The translations under genes were made by a program, and so were the position numbers. A stretch of 64,000 nucleotides of DNA from a virus. Below the pieces are notes generated by a model. That model made no database searches, had not been told where the DNA came from, and worked only from the letters and a program-made list of their open reading frames with translations. This document shows, in pieces, positions 47,301 through 58,269 of the stretch. Every line of letters begins with the position of its first letter. Position 1 is the first letter of the stretch. The DNA is taken from positions 8,577 to 72,576 of the IMG/VR virus record IMGVR_UViG_3300024265_000045. One strand, given 5' to 3'.

Positions 47301-49072
47301 AAGACTTACGATGATAAAGAAAAAGAATAATGGATAAGACATTTAAAATTGTTAGAGCAACTATAGATAGTGACGATAAATTTGTAAGTTTCTTTTCTGG
47401 ACCTCATAAGTTAATTTATTCTACAGAATTTTACACATTTCCTAAAATTGGATACGTTTTTACTTTTTCCTCCAGAGACTTTGCTGTTCAATTTTTGAAA
47501 GAGCAAGTACCTTTACCAGAAATAGGCTCTCTTTATTCGATATGGTTGTGTCAAGGAACTAAAGTAGAGGATTGCTCTGTGTTCCAAAGAGCTATATCTA
47601 GAGTAGATTACGAGATATTTTGGGAAGACTTTGCTCAAGGAGTTCTGCAGAAAGATGTACGTGTCAATTTCGATTTTGCTCCACTTGGAACAGAGTGGTT
47701 CAAAAATTTAAAATTGCTTGAGAGGATTGAATGAAAAAGAAAAATGTAATTGTGTATAATGAAGAAGTTATTGTTTGTGATAATCATGAAGTATACGGTA
47801 ATATTCTGGATGATAGAGATAAGGTAATTTTCTTGGAGATGGCTGTTCTTCAAGATTGGTTGAATTCTCGCCTTCCCAATACCTTTGCTCTCTCTGACAT
47901 TGCCATGTTGGGAGAAGTTCAAATTTATGCGAAAATATTGGCAGAGTCTTATCCAACTTATCAAGTTGCAATTATTTGGAATTGTTCTGTTGAACAGTCA
48001 GCTTTATACAAAGATGATTGGGGTGAAGCTATAGATCAAATTGACTGTGAATTTTCTAGAACTTTCGTAGAAAGAATTCCAAGAATGATAGAGTTGGAAC
48101 AACTTGTGGAGAAAGAATAATGACTGATAAAAAAGGTTTATACGAAAAATATGAAGTTTTCAAAAATAGAAAACCTGTCAAAGGAGCATTTGTGCTTCTT
48201 CCAGAGAAAGACATTCATGCTTTATTTGCTTTACGGATGTATGCTGTGGAAGTCAGACATAGTAATCCTATTCTTGCCTCAGATATAGAAGACTGGATAG
48301 GTAGATTAATTGCGGAGGAAATTCGTGACAGTAGTGATGAGGTGTAATAAATGTAGACGAGAGTCTTTAAATGGAGCTAAACTAGGAAACGATTGGATTG
48401 AAATAAAAGTAACAATCAATCACTGGCATGATCAGGGTAAAGACTACCATGAAAATGAAACCTGGAATGAGCTTGAAGTAATAACGAGACATCTATGTTT
48501 GGATTGCGCTGTTGAGATAAGCGGTCCATTGCAAGCTCTTTGGGATGCTGTATATTGTCGAAAAGGAGGTGAATAGAATTACAGACTTTTGAATTAAGTT
48601 CATAATTATATAAGGAGAACATATAATGAAAAGAACAAAAGTAAAAATCATTTTATCTATACTCATAATATTGGTAGTATTGACAATGACGGCTTCAAGT
48701 TGTCAACCATCCTCAGATCAGATCGTTAATTGGGTAGCTCTTCACACCTGGTTTTTCATTGATAGTACCGAAACTGCCATCAATGGATTTGCTCTGCTTG
48801 GTCCGTATGGGATGTCGGCGCAGATATCTGTCATCGGAGCTCAAGTTCATGTTAGTCTAACTCAAATGACTCCGGAACATATATTCGGGAATACCTTATG
48901 GTACACTCAGCAAGGGTGGGCTAGATTTACGTATTGGGGTCTTCCGCTTGCCGTTCAGGAAGCTTTAATTACGGAGATTACATTTTCTATCCCTCTTTAT
49001 GCTGAAGGAATTTGGTTCATTCCCTATTTTGAGGGAATGCTTGATTTTGGTCCGGTAGTAACTGACGTGTAA
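44399..49072 (+). other. run of about 12 small co-oriented hypothetical genes, several with CxxC pairs or coiled coils
   Basis: ORFs at 44399, 44758, 44999, 45562, 45836, 46243, 46634, 47115, 47330, 47731, 48120, 48310 and 48626 (the last with a signal/lipoprotein-like N-terminus). Confidence 0.6.
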
Positions 49073-49115
49073 GTACCATTTGAGCTGCTAATTTCGGTTA
49101 GCAGTTCAGATGGAG

Positions 49116-49159
49116 TTTACACAAAGTTTATGTGTCCAAGACTAGATATTTGTTATAAT
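49116..49159 (+). promoter_or_regulatory. TTTAC-box promoter
   Basis: TTTACA-caaag-TTTATG-N21-(TGt)TATAAT, directly after a 17-bp UUCG hairpin. Confidence 0.75.
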
Positions 49160-49218
49160 AAGTTAGATGGAGTTATAAATGGTAATTCAAGTCAAATGGT
49201 TTACAATTGAGGTGAAAG

Positions 49219-49425
49219 ATGACTAAATTAATGATCATTAATTTTGCTATTCAACAATGTCCGAGTTGTGGCAAGAGACTAATGTATGATAGAGCGGAAT
49301 ATATTAATCATACGAGTCATTCTTGTGATTGTGGTGTTCGCTTTATTTATGCTGAAAAGGAAGCGATGCTTAAATTGGCTGACAGTATAGAAAGTGATAT
49401 GAGACATTATGAGGAAAAAGTTTAA
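49219..49425 (+). CDS. zinc-ribbon protein
   Basis: CPSCG...CDCG. Confidence 0.6.
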   Translation: MTKLMIINFAIQQCPSCGKRLMYDRAEYINHTSHSCDCGVRFIYAEKEAMLKLADSIESDMRHYEEKV

Positions 49426-49427
49426 TT

Positions 49428-49691
49428 ATGAAGACAATATCAATAGATGATAAATGGATTGCTCTTATTGATGAACCTAATCCGTGGGGATCTATAACTA
49501 ATATGCGTTCTAAGAAAACATATGCTTGGAAGGCTTATCAACATAAAACTGAAGCGGGAGTTATTTGGATGGAAATCCTGGATGAAAAATTAGAAAAAGC
49601 TGGATTATCTGAAAATATAGTGATAAAACTTCTTGAGATTGCTAAAAATTGTTTCAAAACTATGGAGGGAGGTGATGGAACTTTTACGTAA
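49428..49691 (+). CDS. hypothetical protein
   Basis: Coupled ORF. Confidence 0.5.
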   Translation: MKTISIDDKWIALIDEPNPWGSITNMRSKKTYAWKAYQHKTEAGVIWMEILDEKLEKAGLSENIVIKLLEIAKNCFKTMEGGDGTFT

Positions 49692-49727
49692 AGTTTACGG
49701 TAATTTGAAGCAGAACCGTGGTATACT
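49683..49727 (+). promoter_or_regulatory. TTTAC-box promoter
   Basis: TTTACG-taaag-TTTACG-N22-(TGg)TATACT. Confidence 0.8.
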
Positions 49728-49788
49728 ATAAATATCCAAAGATGGATTAATTACCAAGATATATTCAAAATGAAAAGGAGATTTAAAA

Positions 49789-50292
49789 ATGGCAACATTG
49801 AACAGACTCAAGAATGAGTCAACGAAAGAACCAAAATCTAAGAAAGAACCAAAGCCCAAGAAAGATCTGGGACCCTGCTGCAAGATTTGTGGGAAGCCTA
49901 TTAGCGATCCGGTGTCTTTGAAAGCTGGCGTCGGTCCGCTCTGCCGGTCACGTAATATGACCAAAGAGCAACTCGCTGCAAAACGGCAGGAGCTAACAGT
50001 TGAGGAACCGCCCGCAGGGTGGATAACAGTTGCTGAGGCAAGCAACTGGTGTCGGAGTGAAGGTATTCCAGTATCCCGCCTGGTTCGTGCTTTTGGCGGA
50101 GATCGCTGTGACAAGCCTCCAGTCAATCCCGACTTCAAGTTAGTCTACTCTGGTCGTTCCCGCTGGATCAGCCCCACTTTCAAGAAATACCGCAATCTTC
50201 TGGAAGACCAGTATCTTGGTCAGCCTAAGCCTGAACGGAAGAAGAAAGCCAAGAAAGAGGGCGACGTTGCAAAAGTGAAGGTGAGTGCGTAA
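49789..50292 (+). CDS. DUF6011 zinc-finger protein with putative DNA-binding domain
   Basis: CKICGKPISDPVSLKAGVGPLC matches the DUF6011 pattern; WITVAEA...IPVSRLV HTH-like segment. Confidence 0.75.
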   Translation: MATLNRLKNESTKEPKSKKEPKPKKDLGPCCKICGKPISDPVSLKAGVGPLCRSRNMTKEQLAAKRQELTVEEPPAGWITVAEASNWCRSEGIPVSRLVRAFGGDRCDKPPVNPDFKLVYSGRSRWISPTFKKYRNLLEDQYLGQPKPERKKKAKKEGDVAKVKVSA

Positions 50293-50377
50293 GCTCATCT
50301 GATCCTCCGATAAAAGTGGGGGAGCTAGTTTGTGGTCATGCTGGCTTCCCCACTGATATAAAAACAAGGAGTTCAAA

Positions 50378-50611
50378 ATGAACTTCAGAGAAGAAGCAGA
50401 AACTGCTTTTAGAATAGTACAAGATAACACGGATTTTGATCTGAATAGACTAATTCGTGCAAAACAAATGATACTGAACAAAGTCGAGAGACCGTATAAA
50501 ACAACACTTGACTTTTGTTCTTGTTTAGACTTTTACCATAGGAAAGAAGTATGCAAGCATATCCTAGCTTTGACGATGTCCAACATTATGAAGTCTCGTC
50601 AGACTGTATGA
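50378..50611 (+). CDS. SWIM zinc-finger protein
   Basis: CSCLDF...CKHILA. Confidence 0.75.
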   Translation: MNFREEAETAFRIVQDNTDFDLNRLIRAKQMILNKVERPYKTTLDFCSCLDFYHRKEVCKHILALTMSNIMKSRQTV

Positions 50612-50837
50612 ATTGGCGAGAAATTTCATTTGTGGATACAATTGGATTATTCCTTCAAATGGCTAGTTCGTACGAAGGTCCTCCTGATGGACTAGCTTTC
50701 AAAATAATCCATATGGGAATTATCCTAAAATTATCAAGCAGGATTTTTGTCAGATGTTTGCTAAAATCTCCGGAGCAGGTATTGCCTCCGGAGATTCTAG
50801 CAGACATTTGTCTGACTAATTCAAAAAGGAGAATCAA

Positions 50838-52937
50838 ATGAGTACTCCCAAATTGACTTCACTGTATTGGGACTGTAATTGTACTGAAAATTATATACAT
50901 CTACAAGACGTGCGAAGATGTAAAAAGTGTGGAGCTATTGGAGGTCCAGACTCTCATGCTAAAGAAGTTGAGAGATTTATCAATCCAACCACTACGACTA
51001 ATGCGTTGAAAAAAGGAGTTCAAATTCAACGTAGAGATGGCTGTATGGTTAAGATGATGGACAATAAACGTGGAAATCTCAGGGTTATTAAAATTATGGA
51101 GCATCCAGCAAATGCAAACACGGTAGTTGGAGATATGGGTGCAAATTATGCTCATGATTTTATAAAAGCTCTGATCGAGAATGTCTGGCATACTATAGTT
51201 CTAACTGCTAAACAGCAAGATATTCGTAAAATTGTATCACAGGCTTTGGAGTGGTAATATGAAATTATCTCAAGATGAGCTACTTTTATTAATTGATGCT
51301 CTTGCTGCATTGCAGAGAACAAGTAGGGACGCTAGATCACTAAGAGATAAAATAATCCAGGAGACTGTAGAGTGTAAATTTGATTTGGATTCTACAGTAG
51401 ATAAAAGAGTGATCAATAGTACAAGATATGATGAGGAAACAACTTGTGCCAGAACTACTCTGCAGATACGGCAGAGCAATCTACCTGAAGAAATAGAGTT
51501 TCGCTCTATGTCAGATAAATTACTATTTACTCTTTATACTACTCACTATTTGGGACTGGATGGAATGATTAAAATTGTGATGGGAGATGAATTCTTTTTC
51601 TGTTACACGGATGGTGATTTGAATAAAAGTCAAAGAACAATGCCATTTCGGAGAGAAATTAATTCAGTTCCTTCTCCAAAACTAAACTTTAACTTTGACG
51701 TTAAATAATTATGAAAAAACCAATCGTTATTTATTTTATCATATGTGTCGGATTGATTTTACTAGCCTGCTCAAGTTCTGTAGCTGAAATAACCTTGACA
51801 AAAACGGTAACTCTAACAAAGACCAATACGCCGACACTGACAATGATGCCAACAGCAACGATGATATGTATAACGAAGACATTATCCTCTGAAGGAGCTT
51901 GGTTGAAAAATATGGCTGAGCAAGCATTGGACGAGGCAGTTATTCTTACTCCTGAATGGCATAGAGAATTTTATCTTGGGGCTACGGAACTACCAATTGA
52001 TTTGGTAGATCCGTTCTACACGATACGGTTAGGAATTGAATTTTTGGATAAGAAAACTATACTGGAAGGAATACAAATGTTGGAGGAACCAATATGCCAA
52101 TAGCTAAATCCAAAGAAGAATATTTCCATGATTTTTATCTTGTTCCAAACAAACCATTTTTGAAGTTTGGTAACTTATGTTTCACCGCTGTTCCTGGAAA
52201 AAGACTTCATTGTAGAACTACAATGGATACTTATGGACATGTCAAACATTTGACTATTATATTTGACGAAAATACTAAAATGGAGGAGTGCAATGCAAGT
52301 TGATTTTAAACTGTTCAGACAAATAAGGGTTAATGCGGAGCAAATAGATCCAGAAGATTTAGCTTATAATCGACATCTATTGACTGATGGAGTTTGTGGA
52401 GTAAAATGTGTTGAAGCTGGTCGGATAGATTTATTAACACCAGACCAAGCTGGAGAAGCTCAGAGTATGCTGGAGGAAATAATAATAAATGGAAATATTT
52501 TTCAAGGTTCTGTGGAAATATATGAAAATGGAGCAGTAAACATTTTCGTTCGGAGGCATGGTCTTGGTCATGCTATTGGAGTTATTAGATTACGAAAGGA
52601 GTAAAACTAAATGACGGATGAACTTGAACCTAAACTTAAATTTGAAATGGAGTTTACAGACGATGCGCCACCCATATCATTTCGTGGACACAATCCAGAT
52701 TACGATGTCATACGAGAAATGCTAGACAAACTTCCAGACGGTAAGTGGCTAAAAGTCGGAGTTGACAATACTACAGAAGATCGTACTCTTCGGAGTGTCG
52801 TAGAAAGTGTTAGAAATACAGCAAAATCCTGGTTGAAAAAGCAAGAGGAGTTGAAGGAAACTCACAAAATTCAATCAACATCTCAAACCGTAACCATGAC
52901 TACAGCTTTGATTTGGCTTTCTGTAATTCCGAAGTAA
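50838..52937 (+). other. six small hypothetical genes ending the plus-strand block
   Basis: ORFs at 50838 (WDCNC..CKKC), 51259, 51711 (lipobox LLACS, Thr-rich), 52094, 52293 and 52611. Confidence 0.6.
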
Positions 52938-52938
52938 G

Positions 52939-53451
52939 TTAAACCGGAAGATTATAAATTTCCGGCAACCATCTATGAAGACCTCTCCTTTTATGGAAGG
53001 TCTTCAATTTTTGTATATAGAGGGAAATAGTTCTGGGGGACAAATTAAGAGTTTCATCAATATCCCCCAAACCCTGTAGAAACTGTAAAGCTATCGGAGC
53101 ACAATTATGAACTTCACATGTACATGGTGGATAAGCTGAGATATCATTACTCCAACAAGTATTGTCACAGGGTTTACCTGATCTGAAATCTGTTAAAGCT
53201 GATACAATAACATGTAGAAGTATAGTACCGGCAGAGTCAATAGATGCCTCTGATAATAATTTTGACTTTTTATACGGAGAAATTACTTTATTCAAATACC
53301 ATTGGTCAGCACGAAGACAAATGGTAGTATATGAATTAGAAACAATGTTATTTTCATATAAAAATTTTATGATCTCCTCTTCCGGAAAAGTTGAGTTCAT
53401 ATAAAGTTCTACATAATCTAAGCGTATATATTTCTTATCCTGATTAGTCAT
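52939..53451 (-). CDS. hypothetical Cys-containing protein
   Basis: Convergent with the plus-strand block. Confidence 0.5.
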   Translation of the reverse strand: MTNQDKKYIRLDYVELYMNSTFPEEEIIKFLYENNIVSNSYTTICLRADQWYLNKVISPYKKSKLLSEASIDSAGTILLHVIVSALTDFRSGKPCDNTCWSNDISAYPPCTCEVHNCAPIALQFLQGLGDIDETLNLSPRTISLYIQKLKTFHKRRGLHRWLPEIYNLPV

Positions 53452-53490
53452 TTTTGCTCTGTACCAGTGTCTAAAAGTAAATTAGTGCTG

Positions 53491-53532
53491 TAGTACCTGG
53501 TTTGCCAATGCGTGTAAATTTGAGCAAGTTTA
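53491..53532. repeat. dispersed intergenic element (partner at 56230-56271)
   Basis: tagtacctggtttgccaatgcgtgtaaatttgagcaagttta. Confidence 0.6.
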
Positions 53533-53573
53533 GTGCCTTTTTGACCGTATTTTAGGGCTGTGGTGGTGTACAT

Positions 53574-54296
53574 TTACAATATGTCGTCTAACTTTACTCT
53601 TGGATACAATTCTAGCTTTCCGCCTACAGTAGCATTGAAAATCTTTATTCCAAGTTTTTCAGCCCAATAGATGGTTATTCTGTGAGCAGCTAGGAAGTTT
53701 TGAACAGCGACTTCAGGAGAAAATGGTATTGCCTGATAGCCAGGATCAAAATGGTTTGGATCAGGTTCATCAGAGGTATAATCGTGTGGAACAATATCTA
53801 TGTCTGTTCCAACTAGATATAATTTATAAAATCCCATATAGAATGCTATCTGGAAAACTGTAAGTATACTCGAAGCAAATTTTGAAACTCTACGAGAGAT
53901 ATCATTTGACCAACATTCAATCCCTGGAATTTCCTCGTACTCTGTAACATCTTTTCCATCACAGTTCATAGGAAACACATGATCATATGGATTGTCGGAC
54001 CAGTTAAGTTTATTGACAAATGAAATTGTTCCAGGATATAAGATCGCATCCATAAATACTTTTCTAGAGGTCACATCTTCAAACTCACTGGCAACGCAGA
54101 CATAGTAATTCGGTCTCCACGTAGTTTGAGAATAGATCAGAGATATTTTATTCATAGCAAAGGAACAATCACTAGTCAATTTTTCAAGCGGAGTCTTAAG
54201 TAAACTCTTGCCGTTCCCAACTATGAATGCTCTTTCTCCACGATGGACATTTCTAAATTTCTGAAGTCTAGGATATATCATAACGTATCTCCCCAA
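53574..54296 (-). CDS. DUF115 / Maf-like (MptE-like) transferase
   Basis: AFIVGNGKSL, FAMNKI, QIAFYMGFYKLYLVGTD, NHFDPGY, IFNATVGGKLELYPR. Confidence 0.8.
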   Translation of the reverse strand: MGRYVMIYPRLQKFRNVHRGERAFIVGNGKSLLKTPLEKLTSDCSFAMNKISLIYSQTTWRPNYYVCVASEFEDVTSRKVFMDAILYPGTISFVNKLNWSDNPYDHVFPMNCDGKDVTEYEEIPGIECWSNDISRRVSKFASSILTVFQIAFYMGFYKLYLVGTDIDIVPHDYTSDEPDPNHFDPGYQAIPFSPEVAVQNFLAAHRITIYWAEKLGIKIFNATVGGKLELYPRVKLDDIL

Positions 54297-54988
54297 TATT
54301 TACCACTAGCTATAATCGTAGCATGAGATGTCCAATCGTAACTGTCGTATGGTTCAACAGTCAAGTTCTCTCTATTTACAAGCAATACTTCGAAATCCCT
54401 TTGTAGAAAATGACGAATAATATCATCAGGATTACCTGCAGAAGGATGAATTTCTACTATCCAATATCTTACTTCACACATAGAGTTCAATGCTTCAGGA
54501 AATAATTCAAATTCTGTACCCTCAATGTCAATTTTGATGACATAGATAGGTTTCTCTGCAGCCCAAGAAATACTCTTGAGCCAAGACATCGTTCGAAATC
54601 TTCCTGGTTGTTCTCCACACCCCTGTAGTCGAGAAAGATGTTGCTTCTCCCCCTCGATGAAGCACTCCTGCATAAAATATGGTCTGCCGTATCTACGGAG
54701 ATTATCAGAGGTATACGTCAAAGCTATTTTATTACAATCTATCGCAAGTACGGTAGCTCCACACGAAGTGAATACAACAGAATAGTTACCTTGATGACAT
54801 CCTATATCAATAACCAATCTATCTTTCATATTGATATTATTTATAACCCATTCATACTCAAGTTTAGTATATGGTTTCAAAGGATAAAACCAGTCAATTG
54901 CTTCTTGCGTGAAATATTTATATATTATGTCTTTTCCGTCTCTATTGGTAATATCCAAAGATGCAATAAAAGGTAATTGTTCATTCAT
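54278..54988 (-). CDS. FkbM-family methyltransferase
   Basis: VIDIGCHQGNYS, IKIDIEGTE, IVEIH. Confidence 0.85.
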   Translation of the reverse strand: MNEQLPFIASLDITNRDGKDIIYKYFTQEAIDWFYPLKPYTKLEYEWVINNINMKDRLVIDIGCHQGNYSVVFTSCGATVLAIDCNKIALTYTSDNLRRYGRPYFMQECFIEGEKQHLSRLQGCGEQPGRFRTMSWLKSISWAAEKPIYVIKIDIEGTEFELFPEALNSMCEVRYWIVEIHPSAGNPDDIIRHFLQRDFEVLLVNRENLTVEPYDSYDWTSHATIIASGKYWGDTL

Positions 54989-55357
54989 CTTTTCCTATCC
55001 ATTGCTTGAGAAACATTAGCGAATAGCATAAGGAAAACGGCAACAAGCAGAAAAGCCCACCATGAAGATTTGTCATGGTAGGTAAGGAATCCTGCCCACA
55101 TAATACAGCAGATACTAGGAAGTAGTCGTATCGTCGTTTTTATTATCTCTTTCATCTTTATCTCCTTCGTCGTATATTGAGTCCATAATTTGAACAATAC
55201 GACTGATAACTAAGTTCATGAAATTTTGATCCATAGTAACATTGATCGGAATTCCTTCCATCCAATTTATACCTTCATATATTATTTTTAGATGTTCAAT
55301 CCCAGCAGCGTCTTTATACCTTACAGTCTCTACAGGATCAAAATTGTATGCTTTCAT
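54985..55357 (-). other. two small hypothetical genes, one with two TM helices (holin-like) next to the endolysin
   Basis: ORFs 55115-55357 and 54985-55197. Confidence 0.45.
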
Positions 55358-56166
55358 CTTAAAATCTCCTTATAAAATATATCGATATCTGAATTGATTG
55401 AAATTATTGTTCCAACAAGTTGTACTTCCGAGTCGGTTGAAGCAGGAGTAGTAGGTGTAGGAGTAGAAACTGTTGGATCAGAAAATGTAATAAGCTCTTC
55501 TAGCGAACCATTGAAATAATTCATATCAAGTTGCTTACTTTCCATACCATTCGCTATTCCGTCACCCTTGTCAGTATATTGCCAAAATGTCCAGTCCCAC
55601 CAGGGATTGTAATTAGGCTCTCTATTAATTGGATTATTATCTCGAAACATACTAAATGGAGGTTTTTTCTTTAACCAGTGAGCTACCCAAAGTGGAATGT
55701 CTAATAACCATGTAGGTACAGGAGACAATGTATACTTGATAGTTCCCCAATTCGTATAGATCATAGGTCTATATCCTTGTTTTTGAATATATTCTACTCC
55801 AGGATGTAACCAGTCTAATGCCTTATAGTGACTGGGAAAAGATCCATATCGCTTGAGATATTCAAAGTCCAGAGCGAACGGCAGTTCGGGCGGGTCATCT
55901 CGAAATAAATTCAGAAAACCCGCTACCTGGGGTATGATTGGACGACTGTAGTCTAAGAAGTGATATGCTCCACGAAGCAATCCAGCTCTCTTTGACTCTT
56001 CCCAGTTATACATTAGGTCAGGATCCACTCCTCCAGTACCCTGACCAGCTCTGACATAAACAAATCTCATTCCATTAGCTTGAGCTTTGACAAAATCAAT
56101 TTGCTCTGGAGTATTGTTATTATCCTGCCAGAACGATACATCCATACCATATGTTTTCGTACTCAT
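55354..56166 (-). CDS. GH25 muramidase (endolysin)
   Basis: GMDVSFWQ, GAYHF, LDFE, IYT, LWVAHW, WTFWQYT, LDMNYFNG. Confidence 0.92.
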   Translation of the reverse strand: MSTKTYGMDVSFWQDNNNTPEQIDFVKAQANGMRFVYVRAGQGTGGVDPDLMYNWEESKRAGLLRGAYHFLDYSRPIIPQVAGFLNLFRDDPPELPFALDFEYLKRYGSFPSHYKALDWLHPGVEYIQKQGYRPMIYTNWGTIKYTLSPVPTWLLDIPLWVAHWLKKKPPFSMFRDNNPINREPNYNPWWDWTFWQYTDKGDGIANGMESKQLDMNYFNGSLEELITFSDPTVSTPTPTTPASTDSEVQLVGTIISINSDIDIFYKEILR

Positions 56167-56277
56167 AGTTTCTCCTTTATAAATTATCTAATTTGCTCTT
56201 ATACAATATCATTTTTCAGGTTGGTAGTTTAGTACCTGGTTGGCAATTGCGTTTAAAAACGAGCCATTTTATACCTG

Positions 56278-56616
56278 TTATTTACTGTTTGACTCACTTT
56301 TGGGGGCTTTATTGGCTAAAGCATCTCGTAATATTGATACGTCTATTTCCATATCTTCAAGTTCATCTTCCGTGTATATAAATTCTATCCAATTACTGTC
56401 AGATAATTTTATCGTCAATGAATTTTTACCTTTGAGTATAATAAATTGAAACCATTGAATACGATTAATTGGAATATGAATTTCTGAATACTCTCCAGGA
56501 TATTCGGTTAGGATATTGAAGAACGAATCGTTGAATGTAAAAGTTCTTCTATTCTTCGGATTGGTAGAATTCATATCTGTAGGAAATAAGCTTCCGTCAT
56601 AGTGTTGATTAGTCAT
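56278..56616 (-). CDS. hypothetical protein
   Basis: GAGG RBS, coupled ORF. Confidence 0.5.
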   Translation of the reverse strand: MTNQHYDGSLFPTDMNSTNPKNRRTFTFNDSFFNILTEYPGEYSEIHIPINRIQWFQFIILKGKNSLTIKLSDSNWIEFIYTEDELEDMEIDVSILRDALANKAPKSESNSK

Positions 56617-56944
56617 CTTGAGCCTCCTCGAAACCTTCTATCTTAATGTGTTTGGACATTTTTCTAAGCATTGCCCATAAAGGATTTACTCCTTGAGTTA
56701 GTCCAGCTACCATGATCATTAATAATACATCGCCAAGCTCTTCTGCTAATTTCTCCTCCGAGAACGGCGGGTGGGCTTCCGGATTATTACGGGCAAAATT
56801 AAACTTAGCGAGCCAAACTTCGTATGTTTCTCCTACCTCAGTTTGCATCCAAGCCATAGCTTCAAAGAAGGTTGGAATTTTCAGATTTCTAGCTTTGAAG
56901 TATTCTTCTACATACTTAGCTAGTTGTGAGCTTATCTGTGTCAT
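56609..56944 (-). CDS. MazG-like nucleotide pyrophosphohydrolase
   Basis: TEVGETYE and LAEELGDVL motifs; start reassigned. Confidence 0.75.
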   Translation of the reverse strand: MTQISSQLAKYVEEYFKARNLKIPTFFEAMAWMQTEVGETYEVWLAKFNFARNNPEAHPPFSEEKLAEELGDVLLMIMVAGLTQGVNPLWAMLRKMSKHIKIEGFEEAQDD

Positions 56945-57441
56945 CGTCTTCTTCCCAAGGTGGGGTATCGTCTGCCAACCCTTGCTCAATATCTTTCACT
57001 TTTTCTCCCACAGATAGAATAGATTTTCCATTTAGTGTTAGGTCAGAAAGTGAAATTAAAGAATTCTGCATATACTCGTCACTTCCAAGTTCCATGTCTA
57101 GACTTTCAGCAAGAGTTTCAGTTACAGCCATCAAATATTCAGCCATTACCTGATTTCTCCCCCAATTGGTTTTGACGCTTAATCTTTCAAGAAAATTAAT
57201 CCTGAGTCTTTCCATCAGTTGTTTTGTGTTCATTCTCGTCTCCTTCTTCTAGTCTCTTCCATTCTGAAAGAATTAATTGAAGTAAATCGAAAGCTTCGGC
57301 GAATGTTTCGTTGCAAGAAACTGAAAGACAGTCCTGAAGAACATTATGAACTTGTTCAAGACTATTAAAATTACTCCAATCTTCAATTGCTAGAGCTTTC
57401 TTTTTAGCTTTATCAAATACAGCATTAACAATTAATTTCAT
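56916..57441 (-). other. two small hypothetical genes
   Basis: ORFs 56916-57233 and 57196-57441. Confidence 0.5.
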
Positions 57442-57905
57442 AAGTTTTCCTTCATATATTTTGCTAAACTAGGATCCAATAACGTTAATTGATCTAAGGT
57501 AATTCCAGACCGTTGTAGAAATGCTTCATGTTGTCGATGCTCCATTCGATAAATTTCTCTAAAAACAATACGTTTGATACCTACGTTTACTAGAGCTTTT
57601 GAGCATTCATAACATGGCAGATATGTCGTATAACATGTAGCTCCATAAATAGCAGTTCCAGATTTAGCTGCTTGAAGTATAGCATTTAGCTCAGCATGAA
57701 CTGTTCTGATACAATGTCCATCTACCATATCGTGTCCATTTTGATCACAATGTGGATGACCGGAAGGTGATCCGTTATATCCACTTGATACTATTTGTCC
57801 ATTTTGTACAAGAACTGCCCCTACTTGAGCTCTATCACAAGTGCTTCGTTGAGAAACTGCTTCAACAATTTGTAAAAAATACTCATCCCACGATATTCTC
57901 TTCAT
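57438..57905 (-). CDS. dCMP deaminase (ComEB-like)
   Basis: WDEYF, STC.R..VGA, GYNG, HAELNA, PCYEC. Confidence 0.93.
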   Translation of the reverse strand: MKRISWDEYFLQIVEAVSQRSTCDRAQVGAVLVQNGQIVSSGYNGSPSGHPHCDQNGHDMVDGHCIRTVHAELNAILQAAKSGTAIYGATCYTTYLPCYECSKALVNVGIKRIVFREIYRMEHRQHEAFLQRSGITLDQLTLLDPSLAKYMKENL

Positions 57906-58269
57906 TTTTATTCTCCTTGTTTGGTAAATCTTCTACAATTCCTGTCGTACAGATAGCAGCAAGACTCCACAGATACGGTAAATCGAGGTGGTCTAAAGTG
58001 CATCTACCATGAAGGCAGTCTGTATAAACACTCCAAATCTTAGAAACTTCATCATAATTAGTTGTGCAAAATTTCATCCAGTAAGTTTCTTTTACTGTCA
58101 GATAAATTTCATCCATATATTGTGTATAGAGAGGAACATTAGTTCGTACTTTTCGTTTAGATTTAGCATCTATAGTAAATACATCATCAACAAGTTCTCC
58201 CATAACATGAATAGCTACATAAGCATCTATCCATCTTTTGTCAGCTTCTAATAATTGATTGAATTTCAT
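57883..58269 (-). CDS. hypothetical protein
   Basis: GGAGG RBS. Confidence 0.55.
   Translation of the reverse strand: MKFNQLLEADKRWIDAYVAIHVMGELVDDVFTIDAKSKRKVRTNVPLYTQYMDEIYLTVKETYWMKFCTTNYDEVSKIWSVYTDCLHGRCTLDHLDLPYLWSLAAICTTGIVEDLPNKENKNEENIVG

Noticed and set aside
37000-52937. Stop-codon reassignment as a cause of the many short ORFs
   Set aside because: Core genes are full length in code 11 with all three stops used, and the short ORFs have their own RBSs
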